A stretch of 64,000 nucleotides of DNA from Eledone cirrhosa (GCA_964016885.1 OZ024747.1:36580001-36644000), one strand, 5' to 3'. Shown: positions 1-14,087, counted from the stretch's first letter. Made by a program: numbers and translations. Notes: generated by a model from the sequence alone, not told the origin.

Positions 1-539
1 AATAGCTTAAAGAAATACGGCGTCTCGGTAAATATTTTTCAGTTATATGAAAATTACATATTTATGCATAGCTATTCGTTTTAGAGCTAAACAAACGTAA
101 AACGAATCAGATGTTGAGAGATAATAATTATTCATTTTGACACAGAAACATTTTGAGGGGAAATATAAAAAGCAAAGAACTCTACACACAAGACACAAAC
201 GGACAGGCAGGCTGACAGACAGACACACACACACACACATACACACACACACACACGCACGCACCCACACACACGCACGCACACACACACATACATATGT
301 ATACATATATATGAGAGTATTGAAGTTTGCTTGAAGCATTGTGGAATAATAAGATATATTTTCTTTGGGTCGATTTGGAAGCCTCAACAATGCAGATGGG
401 TAAATATCCGGGTAACAAGATCCGGTGGTGAAGAGAAGAGAGAGATGTAAGTGAATGTAGAATGAGATGTATAGTGTGTAGAAGAATGCAGGAAAGAGCG
501 TCAAAAATAAAAATAATAACACGTGATCGAGTTACCTTG

Positions 540-847
540 GGAGATATTTAATTGCCCTATATTTCGGATTCACATCCATCAACTGGGGGTTTTTCCTAAG
601 GTTATCTGTCAGATAGGAGCGATTCGTGTCCTCCGTTGTTCGTTGTTTTGAAAATCTGAGGTATTCAGCAGAGCACGCGCGCGTGTGAAATGGGGTCGGT
701 CAAGCAGAGGTCGGCGGCGAAATAGTTCTTTTAATTGTGGGAGTGGGGTGGCGTTAGCTGTCAATCCATTGTATTATCTGCCTGTGCTGGTTTCTGTATT
801 AGCAGTGTAGAATAGTGTATTCGTGTGGTGGTGGTAGTATTCCCTGC

Positions 848-879
<32 letters not shown>

Positions 880-1860
880 TGATGTCTCGCTTGTGTGTGT
901 ATGTTCGCGTGTGTTGTTGCCTCGTTTGTCTGTATTAGCAGTGTAGTACATTCGTATGGTGGAATGCTACTGTGTGTGTGCGTGTGTTGTTGTCTCGCTT
1001 GTGTGTGTGTGCCTGTGTTGTTGCCTCGATTGTTTAAACCAACCACCTCATTTCGCTTCTCTCGGATCGGTTATTTATTTGTGGTCCTAGGCGTTTGATC
1101 CAAAGTGCTTCCTCGATTCATAATGTGCCGACGTTTCGTTCCGTCGCTAGCACTGTGACAATGGGCCTTCCGTCTTTGTTTCCGCATTTGGTTATGTGTT
1201 TCCGGAAAGACGAGGCCCTGGTGTTGATGTGGTCCTTGGTCCGGATGTGTAGCGGCCGGATTGTGCTACCTATATAGTAGTGGTTGCACTTGTTACATTC
1301 TATCTTATACACGACGTATGTGCGTAGGCACCAGTTCGTATGGTGCATCGGGCAGTTTCTGAGGGAGCAGGCGTCAGTCGAATTCCCGGGTTTCTTGGAG
1401 AGGCATTTTCGCAGGGAGGGGTCCGAGTGGGCCAGGGGAATGTCGAGGCCCTCCCTCCGTATTGCCTTGAGGATAGCGTTGGTGGTATTCTCGCCCAGGT
1501 GTGGTATTTAAGGAAGCATTTGTCTTGGGTGTTTCTCTGCTTCTTGCGTCTGGTTCTCTTATTCTGTTCGTGAGTGGAGCAGGGTACTCGTTCGTCTCCA
1601 GAATTTTGAGGAATCGCTTGATATGGGTGACACGACTCGCGGGATCGCTGCATCTGTTGATTCGGAAGTCGAGGAGGACAAGTGACTCGTCGTCGCTGGG
1701 GTGTTCAACACTGAAATCAATGTTCTCGTCCGTGTTGTTGACCGTCTCATAGATTCTGTTCACCATCTCTGTTCGCCACAAATAAATTACCGATCTGAGG
1801 TGGTTGGTTTAAACAAACGAGGCAACAACACACACACACACACACGAGTGAGACAACAAC

Positions 1861-1910
<50 letters not shown>

Positions 1911-2319
1911 ACAAGTGAGACAACAACACACGCACACACACACACAGTAGCATTCCACCATACGAATATACTACACTGCTAATGCAGACAAACGAGGCAA
2001 CAACACACGCACGCACACACAAGCGAAACAACAATACACGCACACACACACAGTAGCATTCACCAAACAGGCAGGGAATACCACCACCACACGAATACAC
2101 TATTCAACAGTGCTAATACAGAAACCAGCACAGGCAGATAATACAATGGATTGACAGTTAACGCCACCCCACTCCCACAATTAAAAGAACTATTTCGGTC
2201 GCCGCCCTCTGCTTGACCGACCCCATTTCACACGCGCGCGCTCTGCTGAATACCTCAGATATTCAACCAACAACGAACAGCGGAGGACACGAATCGCTCC
2301 TATCCAACAAATAACCTTA
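540..2319 (-). mobile_element. 5'-truncated Penelope/Poseidon-type PLE (RT thumb + GIY-YIG) with inverted pLTR copy
   Basis: ORF 1118-1348 reads VVYKIECNKCNHYYIGSTIRPLHIRTKDH (GIY-YIG with CCHH-type Cys). Upstream IDFSVEHP..LVLLDFRI resembles the PLE RT C-terminus. Segments 598-1084 and 1776-2319 are inverted copies. Confidence 0.85.
555..589 (-). ncRNA. Degenerate minimal hammerhead ribozyme
   Basis: Minus strand reads ccc-CAGTTGA-T-GGAT-gtga-ATCC-GAAA-TATA-ggg. Two core substitutions; lies at the 3' end of the PLE. Confidence 0.45.
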
Positions 2320-2339
2320 ACCCCCCAAAAAAATTACCC

Positions 2340-4141
2340 CATCAAAATTGCTCCTGTAGAGTCAAAAGTGAATGCCCATTACAAGGTAAATGCAATACCA
2401 AAGCCATTGTATATGCGGCTAAAGTGACAACCACCAGCAACAACCTACCAGCCACCAGCGAACGATATGTGGGTATGACACAAGACAAATTCAAAACGCG
2501 TTATTACTCACGTGTCGCATCTTTCCGACATCCAGAAAAAAGATTCACAACAGCTCTGGCTAGCAGAAAATGGGATTTGAAAGACCAAGGTATCCAATAT
2601 AAATTGGATTGGTCAATTTTGAACCAATCTAAAGAATATGCAAGAGGAACAAGAAGATGCACACTCTGCATAAGTGAAAAATATTGGATTTTACAGAACC
2701 TTAAATCACCAAAAACCTTCCTAAATGCAAAAAGAGAAATTTTCACCAGTTGCCCACACATGAAATCACACTTGCTTTCCAGCTCATATAATCTTAACTC
2801 ACTTTCAGATATTTATCCTCCATAAACTCTTATTCTTCACTTTCCTTAAATCATCCTCTTTACAGACTTCTCTTTCTGATTTACTTTCATTTTTAACTTT
2901 ATTTTTAATTTTATTTTTATTTTTACTTCACATCCACCAGCACCCCCCCCCTACTTTTCGATTCACTTACCTAATATCTTCACATTCCACATTTCACTTC
3001 CCCATTTTCTTTCACTACCTGATACCACATGTCACTTGCGTTTTCCACTTCAGATATATTCTGTGGTTTCGCAGGCGATTTAATATTTGTACTTATTTAT
3101 TCAAACGGCTGGTTTATAATCTGTATCTATGTGTGTGAGTGTGCTTATGTGTGTATACGTTCTGTATATGTATACGAACGCCTCCCTATATGTGCGTGCG
3201 TACGTATATATATGTGTGTGTATATGTGTTGTTATATCTATGTTTTTTTATATCTATGTTTTTTACATACTTATTTATACGTGTGTGTGTATGCGGATGA
3301 ATGTATGTGTCTGTATATGTGTGTATATGTATATGTATGTATGGGTGTGTATGTATATATGTATATATATATATAGTCGCGTACGTACGTGTGATTAGAT
3401 ATACATGCGGTAATATATATATATACGTGCCTCGTGTGTACGTATGTACGCATGCATGCGCTTTTTTCTGTACGTATTTGTGTGTATAAATATTTATATA
3501 TATATATATATATATGTGTGTACGTGCATACCTATGTTTGTTTTCTTTTCTCTAATGTTAATTGATTATTTCTCTTTGATTTCAACATTTTTTCATTCTC
3601 ATATATTGTTTCATTTTTATACATATCTCGAGAATGACACTTCTTTTTACTATTACACTCCCTTCTCTCTTTATCTTCCGCATATAAGTGACCGCGCGTG
3701 TGTGTCTGTTTATACGCATGCTTTCATACTCGTATGTGTATTTAATACCTGTATCTGGATGCGTGTTAACTATATTATCTTACAATTTCTTTTTCAACTC
3801 ATATTATATACGTATTTGTTGTCACATATACACAAATATACTTGCCCTCATATATGTACTTACGCACATATTTTCAGTATACACATGCATTTGTACATAC
3901 ACACATATGTACATTTGTGAGTGTATATACATACATATACACATACCCTAACTATATTTCCTTATTTTCTATATATCTCTTCCATTACTTTCATTTATAT
4001 ATGTTTGGCCCGTAAACTCTTGCATTTCTTGAGGGGACTTTCCAAATATTTCACTATATTTTAAATTGCCTTGTCCGACGAACGAATGGGGACGTTTTTC
4101 GTATTCGTCGTATTCGGGAAACCTCTGGTAATGAGGTAATT
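2340..4141 (+). mobile_element. Naiad-like PLE 3' fragment (GIY-YIG + long 3' UTR ending at an HHR)
   Basis: CSCRVKSECPLQGKC..IVYAAKV..YVGMT..FKTRY..W.LK..CTLCISEK (2349-2825), followed by microsatellite-rich UTR. Confidence 0.8.
4064..4141 (+). ncRNA. Type I hammerhead ribozyme (CCGACGA core variant)
   Basis: Stem I aattgccttgt/atgaggtaatt (11 bp with G-U), CCGACGA, stem II cgaat/attcg, GAAA-cc-tct-gg-TA. Predicted cut after 4130. Confidence 0.7.
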
Positions 4142-4161
4142 ATATTAATTGTCTATTATAC

Positions 4162-4214
<53 letters not shown>

Positions 4215-4595
4215 TTTTATATAATATAAATAAATAAACGAACATACACACACTCAGCCACGCGCATATACTTAAAAATTACGTACACATAAGCTGTCAC
4301 ATATGCGTATATATATCAACCGGCATGAAGAAATACATACATATACATGAAATAATAAGTATAAATAAATAAATGAATAAGAATAAAAAATATTCAAAGT
4401 CAAAAATAAAAAAATAAGGAATGAAATAATAGACAGAGGATGCACGTTGACAACGATAAGAGAGGGGGCACCAAATAAAAATAAACAAATACACGAGGTA
4501 TGCAATTGCATAAAAATACAGACACACAAAATGAAATACATACATATATATATATATCAAGTATGTTTTGAAACAGTGAGCAGGTTTCAAATTAG

Positions 4596-4806
4596 AAAAT
4601 AGAATAGCTTTCACCGTAATTTTGACTAAAGGAATTTTAGCCTGATAATGGGATTTAGATAAATGGAAAAGGATGAGTATTGACGTACATGTATGTACAT
4701 ACATGTACGTCAATACTCATCCTTTTCCATTTATCTGAGGGTTCTAAACCCCAATATCAGGCTAAAATTCCTTTAGTCAAAATAAGGGTGAAGGCTATTC
4801 TATTTT
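4596..4806. repeat. Fold-back inverted repeat with an 80-bp perfect spacerless palindrome (4657-4736)
   Basis: Arms read as reverse complements around centre 4696/4697. Confidence 0.9.
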
Positions 4807-5005
4807 ATATATATATATATACACGTATATACATACAAAAAATATATACACATATATATATTCATATATATATATATATATATATACATACAAACATACA
4901 TACATACACACGCACGCACAAACACTCATACACACGTATAAAAACATATACACAAATGTAGGTGTATATACATATATAAATATATGCATTCACACACACA
5001 TACAC

Positions 5006-5086
<81 letters not shown>

Positions 5087-5599
5087 CATACATATATATA
5101 CATATATACATGCATACACACACATACACATATATATATATATACACAAAAATATAAATATTAAAATAAACATACATACCCATCCACGTATAGACACACA
5201 AGGGTGCAAAAATACATATACACAACCACACACACACGCTTACACACGTAAGAAAATAAGCATACAACCAAATGAGCGTACAAACGTAACCGCATAAGTG
5301 CGTGCACTCGCGCGTGAAGAACACGCGCAGACAAAACCATACGTAAGACTATACAGACCAAAAACAAAGGCCTATAATCACCGTATACACGCAACTAACA
5401 ACGTAAACACATACATGGAACCAAATAAAAGTATAATATAAGTCAACTGAAAAATATTTATAATAGGAAAAATAATAAATATAAGGAGATATAGAAGGAG
5501 ATGAGGGAGAAAATGAATATATAGGTAACGAATGTGAGTCCTGAGAGTAATAATAATCGTAGTGAATGGAAGGCGTAATGAGTGAAGAAGTAACTCAAG

Positions 5600-7962
5600 G
5601 TGGTTGAGTCATCGTAGGAATGTCAACGCAGTTACAAAGTAGATGCGATTTCAGATGTGGACAACACCTGAAGATCCCGGTCTTGGAGTTGAAGCAAGTG
5701 GAAAGGGCTTTCAAATTTTGGAGAATTCTGAATTTTTCCGTGGTGCAAAAAGAACATTTCTTTGTGCCCCTTTGGTATTCTCTTGAATGGTCTAAAATAG
5801 ACTAATCAATAGTGTATGGAATGTTTTTGCCTTTGAATTCCCACACTTTATTTGCAAGCGCCGTTGCTGTTCTTTTTTCAGGGTGTTTAAAAGAAGTGAC
5901 ATGCGCATAATACCTGGTTTTGAACCTGTCCTGAGTCATGCATACATGGTTTATTCCTGGCAGGCTGGTTATTAATCAACGATGTCAGTTTGGCCTCATA
6001 CACAGTGGATTTAGTATTACATTTGCGCTGTAATGGGCATTATTCCGGCTTCCTGCAACTGCATCCTGGATTTACTCCCATACGATTAGAGTTGGTAATT
6101 TTAGTCTTCATTTATGGAGTAACTGATTTTGACTAGATTTCTATTAACTATCTTATTATATCTATGATTAGGGGTAAAATGTTTGTCTAGGTGGTCGAGG
6201 AATTTCCTTCCTACATTAGTTTTAATATTTAGAGAGAAGAGGGGTGTAAACCAAATAATTTTTCTTTTCCTGTTATTGTGTTTAGTGTTAGAGGGAGGAA
6301 TAGGTAAATATTTAATATGTACTGTGAAGCCGCTGTTATTGAGGGCCTCATGATAATAAGAGGCGGCTTTGTTAAAAATGTCTAGAGACGAAGATAAGGT
6401 ACAAATCCTACGGCTAATGTTAGGAATGAGATTTTTAAAGACTATAGGGAGATGGCAAGACTCTTTGTGTATATATCTTAGATTCTAGTTAGGTTTATGA
6501 TAAGGTTTAAAAGAGGCAGTAAGTTGATTAAGATTGATATCAAGAAAGTTAGTATTAGTAAGGTTCGTATCTATAGTAATTTTAAGGTTAGGTTAGCAAA
6601 GGTATTGATTAAATCTTTACGGAATTTATCAAGGTTATGGCCCTTGGTGGTATGAGAAACTGCCAAACCATCGTCTCGGTATAAACCGATATTATGGGAA
6701 GGAAATTTCTCTTTAAGGGTGTGGAGAAGGAATAATCCTACTAAGTCGCACACATCAGAACTATAATATGAACCCATCGCAACATCACAAGAGTGTTCAT
6801 GGCTTGACTTTTTAACCCTAATAATTTCATTAGCAAAGAGTAGTGTTTTCCTAGCATGAAAGATAACGTCTTCTTCTAATTTAGAAATATCAATGAAAGG
6901 TCTCGCAAAATCTAAGGCTTTTGTTAATAAGGAAACAGTAATAGAGAGGTAAAAATCAACAATATCAAATTGGGTAAATCTACACTTATTTTTACAATGT
7001 ATATTATTAAACCAAGAAATAACAGAGGATGCATCTAACCATTGTGATAAGTCAGTCTTAGTTCTAATTTGGAGTATTATTTTTCTTAAGATTTCTTACT
7101 TGCAAGGCCAACTTCATATTTAGCAGGGTTAATTAGTCTACACCTAGGTCGATTAGTGAAGTCTGATTTATGGTCTTTAAGGGTAATATAACTTAACGTT
7201 TAGCTAGGCTTTCAATCCCGTTATCTATTTTTAAAATACTAGCTATGTCTTTAGCTTTTTTTATGGTATTGTAGGTATTATTGTTAGCTATTTGATATTT
7301 GGTGGTAATACTATCTGTTAAAAGTTGGTTATACAAAATATTATTTACTTCAAAGAGATCTCTAGTTTTATCAGAAAGCACAAATGTGTTTGTAGAATGT
7401 TTAAAGTTAGAAATATCGTTAGAAAGTTTAGTTTGAAAATTATTGTTGTACTTACAATATTTGATTTCACTAATTAGAGTTAACTAGGTCTAATTCGAAG
7501 TTGTACATGTCTTTAATTCTAGGTGGGTATTTGCGGGATTTAATGTCAAAACAATCATTTCTATCAGCACTGAATTGTCCATCGTAAACCATTGCCTTCC
7601 ATCTCATTCTTTTAATGACTTGTTCGATTTTATCTATAGGCAGTTTGGTATAAGTTGTGTTGGAAGGAGTAGGTATATTTTTGATAGAATAATCCAATTC
7701 ATAAACGTCCATGGTTTATGTTGGTTAATTTCCTGAAAACTGTAGAGTGCTCAACTTATCGGGCTGGAAAGTGCCAATCATATATCAATCTCGGTTGGAG
7801 CTGTATAAATGAAGTAATTCTGTCGGAAAGGTACAGGAAAAAAGAGTGCTCTATGTAGGTTACAAAGGTTATTAGTTATCTAATAAACAACATAAGATAA
7901 TTATTTCATTTACCAGTGGTTTCTTGAAAGCAAATAAATCTGGTTTCAGTCGTCAGAATGAA
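5600..7962 (-). mobile_element. Near full-length decayed Naiad-like PLE (RT + GIY-YIG)
   Basis: YSIKNIP..KIEQVIKRMRWKA (from 7712), FDIVDFY, MGSY..GLYRDDGL, KRKIIWFTP..LDKHF, CSCRKPE*CPL..C and C..C.EK. Multiple frameshifts; 5' HHR present. Confidence 0.9.
7905..7962 (-). ncRNA. Type I hammerhead ribozyme, intact core, at the Naiad 5' end
   Basis: ttcatt-CTGACGA-c-tgaaa..tttca-a-GAAA-cc-act-gg-TA-aatgaa. Confidence 0.85.
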
Positions 7963-7984
7963 TAAAACATGGTGTTTTTATTAA

Positions 7985-8285
<301 letters not shown>

Positions 8286-8954
8286 AATAATGGAGCTGCG
8301 GCGTTGCAAGTGGGTTACATATCAAAAAGTTTGTCCTTCATCAGTGGCCTTCCAACCGTCGTAGGCATTTCGTCGCTTTAAAGGCCATATACCTCAGGTT
8401 GGTGCGAGCAACGGCTAAAAAAAGTCGTTGGGACACGTAAATAAAGGGGACGCCAGGGTAAACAAACAAAATGGTTTAAGCAACAGAAAGTGATGAAGAA
8501 GTCGCAGATTTCTATGAATATAAATTCGGTGGAATCGGGAACGAGACAATAAAGACCATCAAACCTGGTTGAAATGTGAGCAAGGAAGGAATTTCGCACA
8601 GGTCTAACGGGAGGAAGAAGGGGTCTGGTCTGCGAATTCGGTACACATAAGTTCTGTGAAGTCGCAGACGAGAGAGAGAGAGAAACTTCCCGTTTGACCT
8701 GTCCGTAATCCTTTTCTCGCGCGCACTTGGCCAAGCCGGTATGAATTTTTTTTTCTCTTTGGAAGAAACGATTGTCAGCAATTAAATGCTTTGAACATAG
8801 TTTTAATTATTCTGTAATTTATATTCTGGCTCTGTAAAACATCTGATGTGCTTAGGTTGAGCTATCTTCTTTACTGGTAATAAGGTGGTAATGAATTACT
8901 GACCTTTCCTGCTTATAATTGTATATAGTGTATATATAAGTATAAATAATATTA

Positions 8955-9056
<102 letters not shown>

Positions 9057-9145
9057 AGGTGAGTAATATTGTTGAACAATAAAACTATGCATATATCAGA
9101 TAAGTAGCACTCAACAGTTGTTTATTTAACCATATTTTAATTTCT

Positions 9146-9227
<82 letters not shown>

Positions 9228-9575
9228 ATAATATATATGCAGTAAGAAACACAGTAAACCGTGTGTCTAATATTACAAGGGTTGAAAGACCACATTTGTT
9301 TGAAATATTTAACCATGAAGCAGACAGAATGATAAAATAAAATGCTCAGTATTTTATACTTGGAGCTTAATAATTACAGGGTTTCAATAAGAGTTATTAA
9401 CTCTAATTTTCATTTATATTTCGGCTCCCTCATGAGGTGAGCTTATTAAGTTGCGTGTGTTGGCCTGTTGTTTCTAACCAATACACGCTTACCACGTTTG
9501 ACTAGCGGCGCACGAGGTGATAAATTCATCTTCGTGTGAACGTTGGTACATAGTGTTTGTCGCATTTAATCAGAT

Positions 9576-9655
9576 TCTCTCGCTGATAATGCCCATGATT
9601 ATCTGTTGCAAACACACTCAGGGCGAAACAGATTAGGGATAATCTGTCCGAGAGA
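9576..9655 (+). ncRNA. Type I hammerhead ribozyme (G8A substitution)
   Basis: tctctcg-CTGATAA-t-gccc..gggc-GAAA-cagatta-ggga-taatctg-TC-cgagaga; three clean stems. Confidence 0.85.
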
Positions 9656-9805
9656 TATAATTGTTATTGATGCGGTTTGTATAATATTATTTTATTTTAT
9701 CATTCTGTCTGCTTCATGGTTAAATATTTCAAACAAATGTGGTCTTTCAACCCTCGTAATATTAGACACACGGTTTACTGTGTTTCTTACTGCATATATA
9801 TTATT

Positions 9806-9990
9806 GTGGATTGGCAGTATCGGTAGAGGGTCGGACGCCATGCTTTCCAGCATAGTTACGTCCCTTTACGATTTGAGTTCAAATCCCGAGGTTGACTTTG
9901 CCTTTCATCCTTACGGGGTCGATAAAATAAAGTACCAGTAATGCACTGGGTAATTGCTGGCCTTGTGCCTAAAAGTAGAAACAATTATTA
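9806..9990 (+). mobile_element. tRNA-derived SINE (octopus-like, Deu/Nin-like core)
   Basis: A-box tggcagtatcgg, B-box gagttcaaatcc, core gcctttcatccttacggggtcgataaaataaagtaccag, (ATT) tail. Confidence 0.85.
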
Positions 9991-10062
9991 TAATGCTCAG
10001 TATTTTATACTTGGAGCTTAATAATTACAGGGTTTCAATAAGAGTTATTAACTCTAATTTTC

Positions 10063-10159
<97 letters not shown>

Positions 10160-11125
10160 TAGAAAATCCCGACCGCAGCGCCAAGCATTGCTGAAGCTGC
10201 TTGACACCGTGATCGGGTTTTTTCAAATCTCTATACCTACTCAGCATCTCGCCATGCATTGAGTATCCCCATGATTAGTTGTCTCCCAGGTCTCAGCACA
10301 GCACCTTCTCTATATATTTAACATAGTAACATGCATTGTAATCTTCTATTCAGTTTTAAGCGTCTTTTGTAGAATGTGTGCAGTGTTTCATTTTGCAGCT
10401 AAGTTGCAATCCCCTTGCGTATCATCAGAGTTAAAGAACATACTTCATTGTCAGACTGTCAGTAACGGTGTGAGTGCTGAAATGGTTTGTAAGCGATTGT
10501 TTATATTTTTGTTTGAGGCGTTATAGTCTAATTATCATTGGTACTGTTTTTACTTTCATGATCTTGTTTGTTTCAATTCTTATATGATCATAGTTTTATC
10601 ATTATTAATATTTTTTTTTTTTGCTGTCATTGTTGTTTTTGTTATTTTTGTTGTTGTTATTGATGGAAAACTCAATCTATATTTTTTATAAATATTCTTG
10701 ATCTCATTATTATGACTGCTATTGATTCAAAATATCTTCTTCTATAGCAAATCAATGTTTAGAATGTATTATTGTTACTCTTGTTTTCTATATAGGCCTT
10801 TCATGTATACATTTCTAATTGCTGACCTTTTTTCTTAATGATACAAACATTTTTTAACGCTATTCGGGTTTTTTAATCATGATGGCGCCAGATAAAACTG
10901 CTGTCTATTGGAATCGGTGTTTTCGCTTCTGATGTTCTATAGATATTTTCTATTAACCAACCCCTACTATATTCATCATACTCATCAACATCACTACAAT
11001 AAGAACCACCATCATAGTAACCATCATTTTCATCATCATGGTAATTCTAACATAACGAGCTTCATCGCCAATTTTTATGCAAGAGTTTTGGTAGCAATTT
11101 AGTTATAGCACCTACAATAATAACA

Positions 11126-12110
11126 ATAATTGTTTCTACTTTTGGCACAAGGCCAGCAATTATCCAGTGTATTACTGGTACTTTATTTTATCGACCCCGT
11201 AAGGATGAAAGGTAAAGTTAACCTCGGCGGGATTTGAATTCAGAATGGCAAGGGCCGTAACTCTATGCGTCAAAGCATGGTGTCCGACCCTCTACCGATA
11301 CTGCCAATCCACCGCCCTTACAATAATAACAATAATAATGTTGCGATAGGAGGAGAATACGTATTTTATTAGTCACAAGGGCGCAAGTGGTTGGTACAAT
11401 ACAAGGAAGAAAAATAACTCAGAGAAAATTGAATAAAGAAAGAGAAATCAAGAGAAGGAACAATAGATGTAATAATTGTTTCTATTTTGGCACAAGGCCA
11501 GCAATTATCCCAGTGCATTACTGGTACTTTTATCGACCCCGTAAGGATGAAAGGCAAAGTTAACCTCGGCAGTATTTGAACTCAGATTGCAAAGGGACAT
11601 AACTCCATGCTGCAAAGCATGGCGTCCGACCCCCTACCGATACTGCTAATCCACCGCCCTACAATAGATGTAATAATAATAATAATCATCATTTCAGATT
11701 TAGGCACATGACCAACAATTTTCGGGGAGTGGAAAGTCGATTAAATCTACACCAGCTAGTTACTGGTACTTTATTTCATCCCGTAAGGATGAAAGGCAAA
11801 TATAACGTCGGTGAGATTTGAAAACAGAACGTAAAGGGCCGTATGTCTATGCCACAAAGCATGTTTTTTGACGCTCTACCTATACTTCCAATATATCGGG
11901 ATTAATAATGTTATATGATTGAGGCCAACAATATTACGGAGGGGAAATCGATTAAATTTACTTCAGTATGTTACCGGTATATCATGTCATCGAACCTGTA
12001 AGCATGAAAAGACACGCTGATCTCGGTGGGATATGAACACAGAACGTAAGCCGCCGTAACTCTATGCTGCAAAGCGTGTTATCCGACGCCAACCGATATT
12101 GCCTTCAATC
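11126..12110 (-). mobile_element. Cluster of four same-family SINEs (11126-11317, 11471-11659, ~11690-11895, ~11915-12110)
   Basis: Reverse complements of the 9806 SINE. TSDs tacaataataacaataat and acaatagatgtaataat flank the first two copies. Confidence 0.85.
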
Positions 12111-12906
12111 GCTCTAATAATAAATAGTAATAACAATATTACAAAGGATGTCAATTGGTGTCAACAAAGTAAAGTTAATGAATAAGATATTAGTCAGTAG
12201 CATAAGTTCAAGGAAAACATTATACAAAACCCGGGTTATTCTGTCATATGAAAGATATAAAAAGTGCTTTTTCCTGTTTTTTTCCTATCGTCAGACAATT
12301 TAAACTTCTCAATCTGTCCACTAGAATGAAACTAAAATGTAGTCCAGAAATAGATGTGCATGGGTCCGTATGTGTCGGGGTAAGGGCAAGCTAAGGACAG
12401 GCAAGGCAGACCAGACCCCCATGCACATCTAGCAGTAATTCTGGCAACAGAATTAGGGTGAGTGACAGCTCACACATGAATGGTAAGGTCAGTGGGCAGC
12501 TTTGGATGGTCAAACATACAGATGACATCTCGAACGCCTGACCAATCGTCTGGCCGCGCAAACAGGATGATGGCAGATGATAGAAATTCTAAGGGCTGGA
12601 GTCCAACAGACAGAGGATTTACTTCGAAGTCACTAGACGTATCTGAAGAACTTGCGAATCCAGAGTCAGATTCGATCCACAAATAGATCGCACCTCGATC
12701 TGTTCGCCGGAGAAACAATTGTAATAAGTTAATAAATTGTGTTCTGATGCATCACATATTCTTCGTTTTACATATTATTATACTCTGCTCCAAAGAAGCA
12801 TAGAGTGCTCAACCGGCATACCGCCTATGGACGCATCCAAGTAACCTTACTACAAATATATATATATGTATATGAGAAAAGCCACAAACCCTCTATCTCA
12901 ATTCTA

Positions 12907-12943
12907 CTTTTGAAAAGCACAAGAACTGCGAAACCGGTAAAGG
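12907..12943 (+). ncRNA. Degenerate minimal hammerhead
   Basis: ctt-TTGAAAA-gca-caagaac-tgc-GAAA-ccgg-TA-aag. Palindromic stem III; two core substitutions. Confidence 0.5.
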
Positions 12944-13066
12944 AACCAAATAAATATATTTAAAACAAAAAAGACTCCAGTTGCATTTTCGAATTCATCT
13001 CTTTTCCTTATACTTTCACTCGTGTAGGACACCTCGTTTTTTTTTCCTTTTGTAAAAAAACCTCAC

Positions 13067-13108
<42 letters not shown>

Positions 13109-13330
13109 TTAAGGATACTATTTATGGTTATGTATATACTAAAACTTTTTTATAGTTATATATATTTTAAACCGTAAACAGTGAAAGACAGTAATTTATT
13201 ACTACCTTATTACCAGTAAGATAAATAGCTCAATGTAATAACATCAGTTGTTCTACAGAGCAGTTATATAGAATTCACAGGAATGAAACAGTTGTAAGCT
13301 AATAAATGGTTTGAACATAACTTTGATTCC

Positions 13331-13416
<86 letters not shown>

Positions 13417-13558
13417 AATGAGTTATATGGTCTGTTGATTTTAATTCAACAAAGTTAATTTTATAACAGATTTGAAGCACTCTACAGTTTTATCTGGAGT
13501 AATTAATATTAACAATATTAATAAGTCGAAAATATATTTATATTACCATATTTATTTT

Positions 13559-13608
13559 ATTATACGTATTTCAAGGACACAAAAATTTAGTGTGCTTTCA
13601 TCAGAAAA
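13559..13608 (-). ncRNA. Minimal hammerhead (same family as 15.6/16.1/17.9 kb)
   Basis: CTGATGA-aagcaca..tgtgtcctt-GAAA-tacg-TA; weak stem I. Confidence 0.6.
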
Positions 13609-13726
13609 AAATATTAAATATATATATATATATTGTTCGCAGCTAAGTCAGGGCTTTAGAATTTAACTATTCTGTATCCCCGCATTCCTCCCATTACTTA
13701 TTCAATAAGGAAGATTCTAACGCATG

Positions 13727-13769
<43 letters not shown>

Positions 13770-13849
13770 CATTTCTGAATTTGTTTAGCAAGATACTTTC
13801 TGTCCGACAGAACAAAAGAGTGGCACAAATACATAGAAAAGAATCCCCA

Positions 13850-13892
13850 GTCACTGAAGGGGTCACAGAATGTGTGACGAAAGAACTTTGAC
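13850..13892 (+). ncRNA. Hammerhead (A9G) in a solo pLTR of the 39.3-kb PLE family (~13800-14045)
   Basis: gtca-CTGAAGG-ggtcaca-gaatg-tgtgac-GAAA-gaac-TT-tgac; flanks homologous to 39890-40110. Confidence 0.75.
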
Positions 13893-14040
13893 AATAGATG
13901 TACAATCGTCTGCTTGAGGAACCAACCAACCAACCGGAAATTTATAAATTCCTAAATTTATAAATTTAATTTATAATAAATTGAAGTGAAAGCAACTGGT
14001 GCGTGTGTTCCTTATTGGCAGCATGACCCTCCCTAAGCAT

Positions 14041-14087
<47 letters not shown>

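Larger units (their letters stand above)
9227..10068 (+). mobile_element. Non-coding HHR mini-element (~465-bp unit) with inverted 5' segment and terminal direct repeat, interrupted by a SINE
   Basis: 9227-9343 is the reverse complement of 9689-9805; 9341-9418 matches 9992-10068; (TA)n on both sides. Confidence 0.8.

Noticed and set aside
64-116. HHR-like hairpin on the minus strand (CTGATTC..GAAT)
   Set aside because: Too many core mismatches to call.
10399-10469. Possible 71-nt host exon (ttttgcag..GTGAGT, open frame)
   Set aside because: Isolated, with no recognisable protein or partner exons.
11126-12110. CRISPR-like repeat array
   Set aside because: Repeats are ~190-bp SINEs in eukaryotic DNA, and no cas genes are present.
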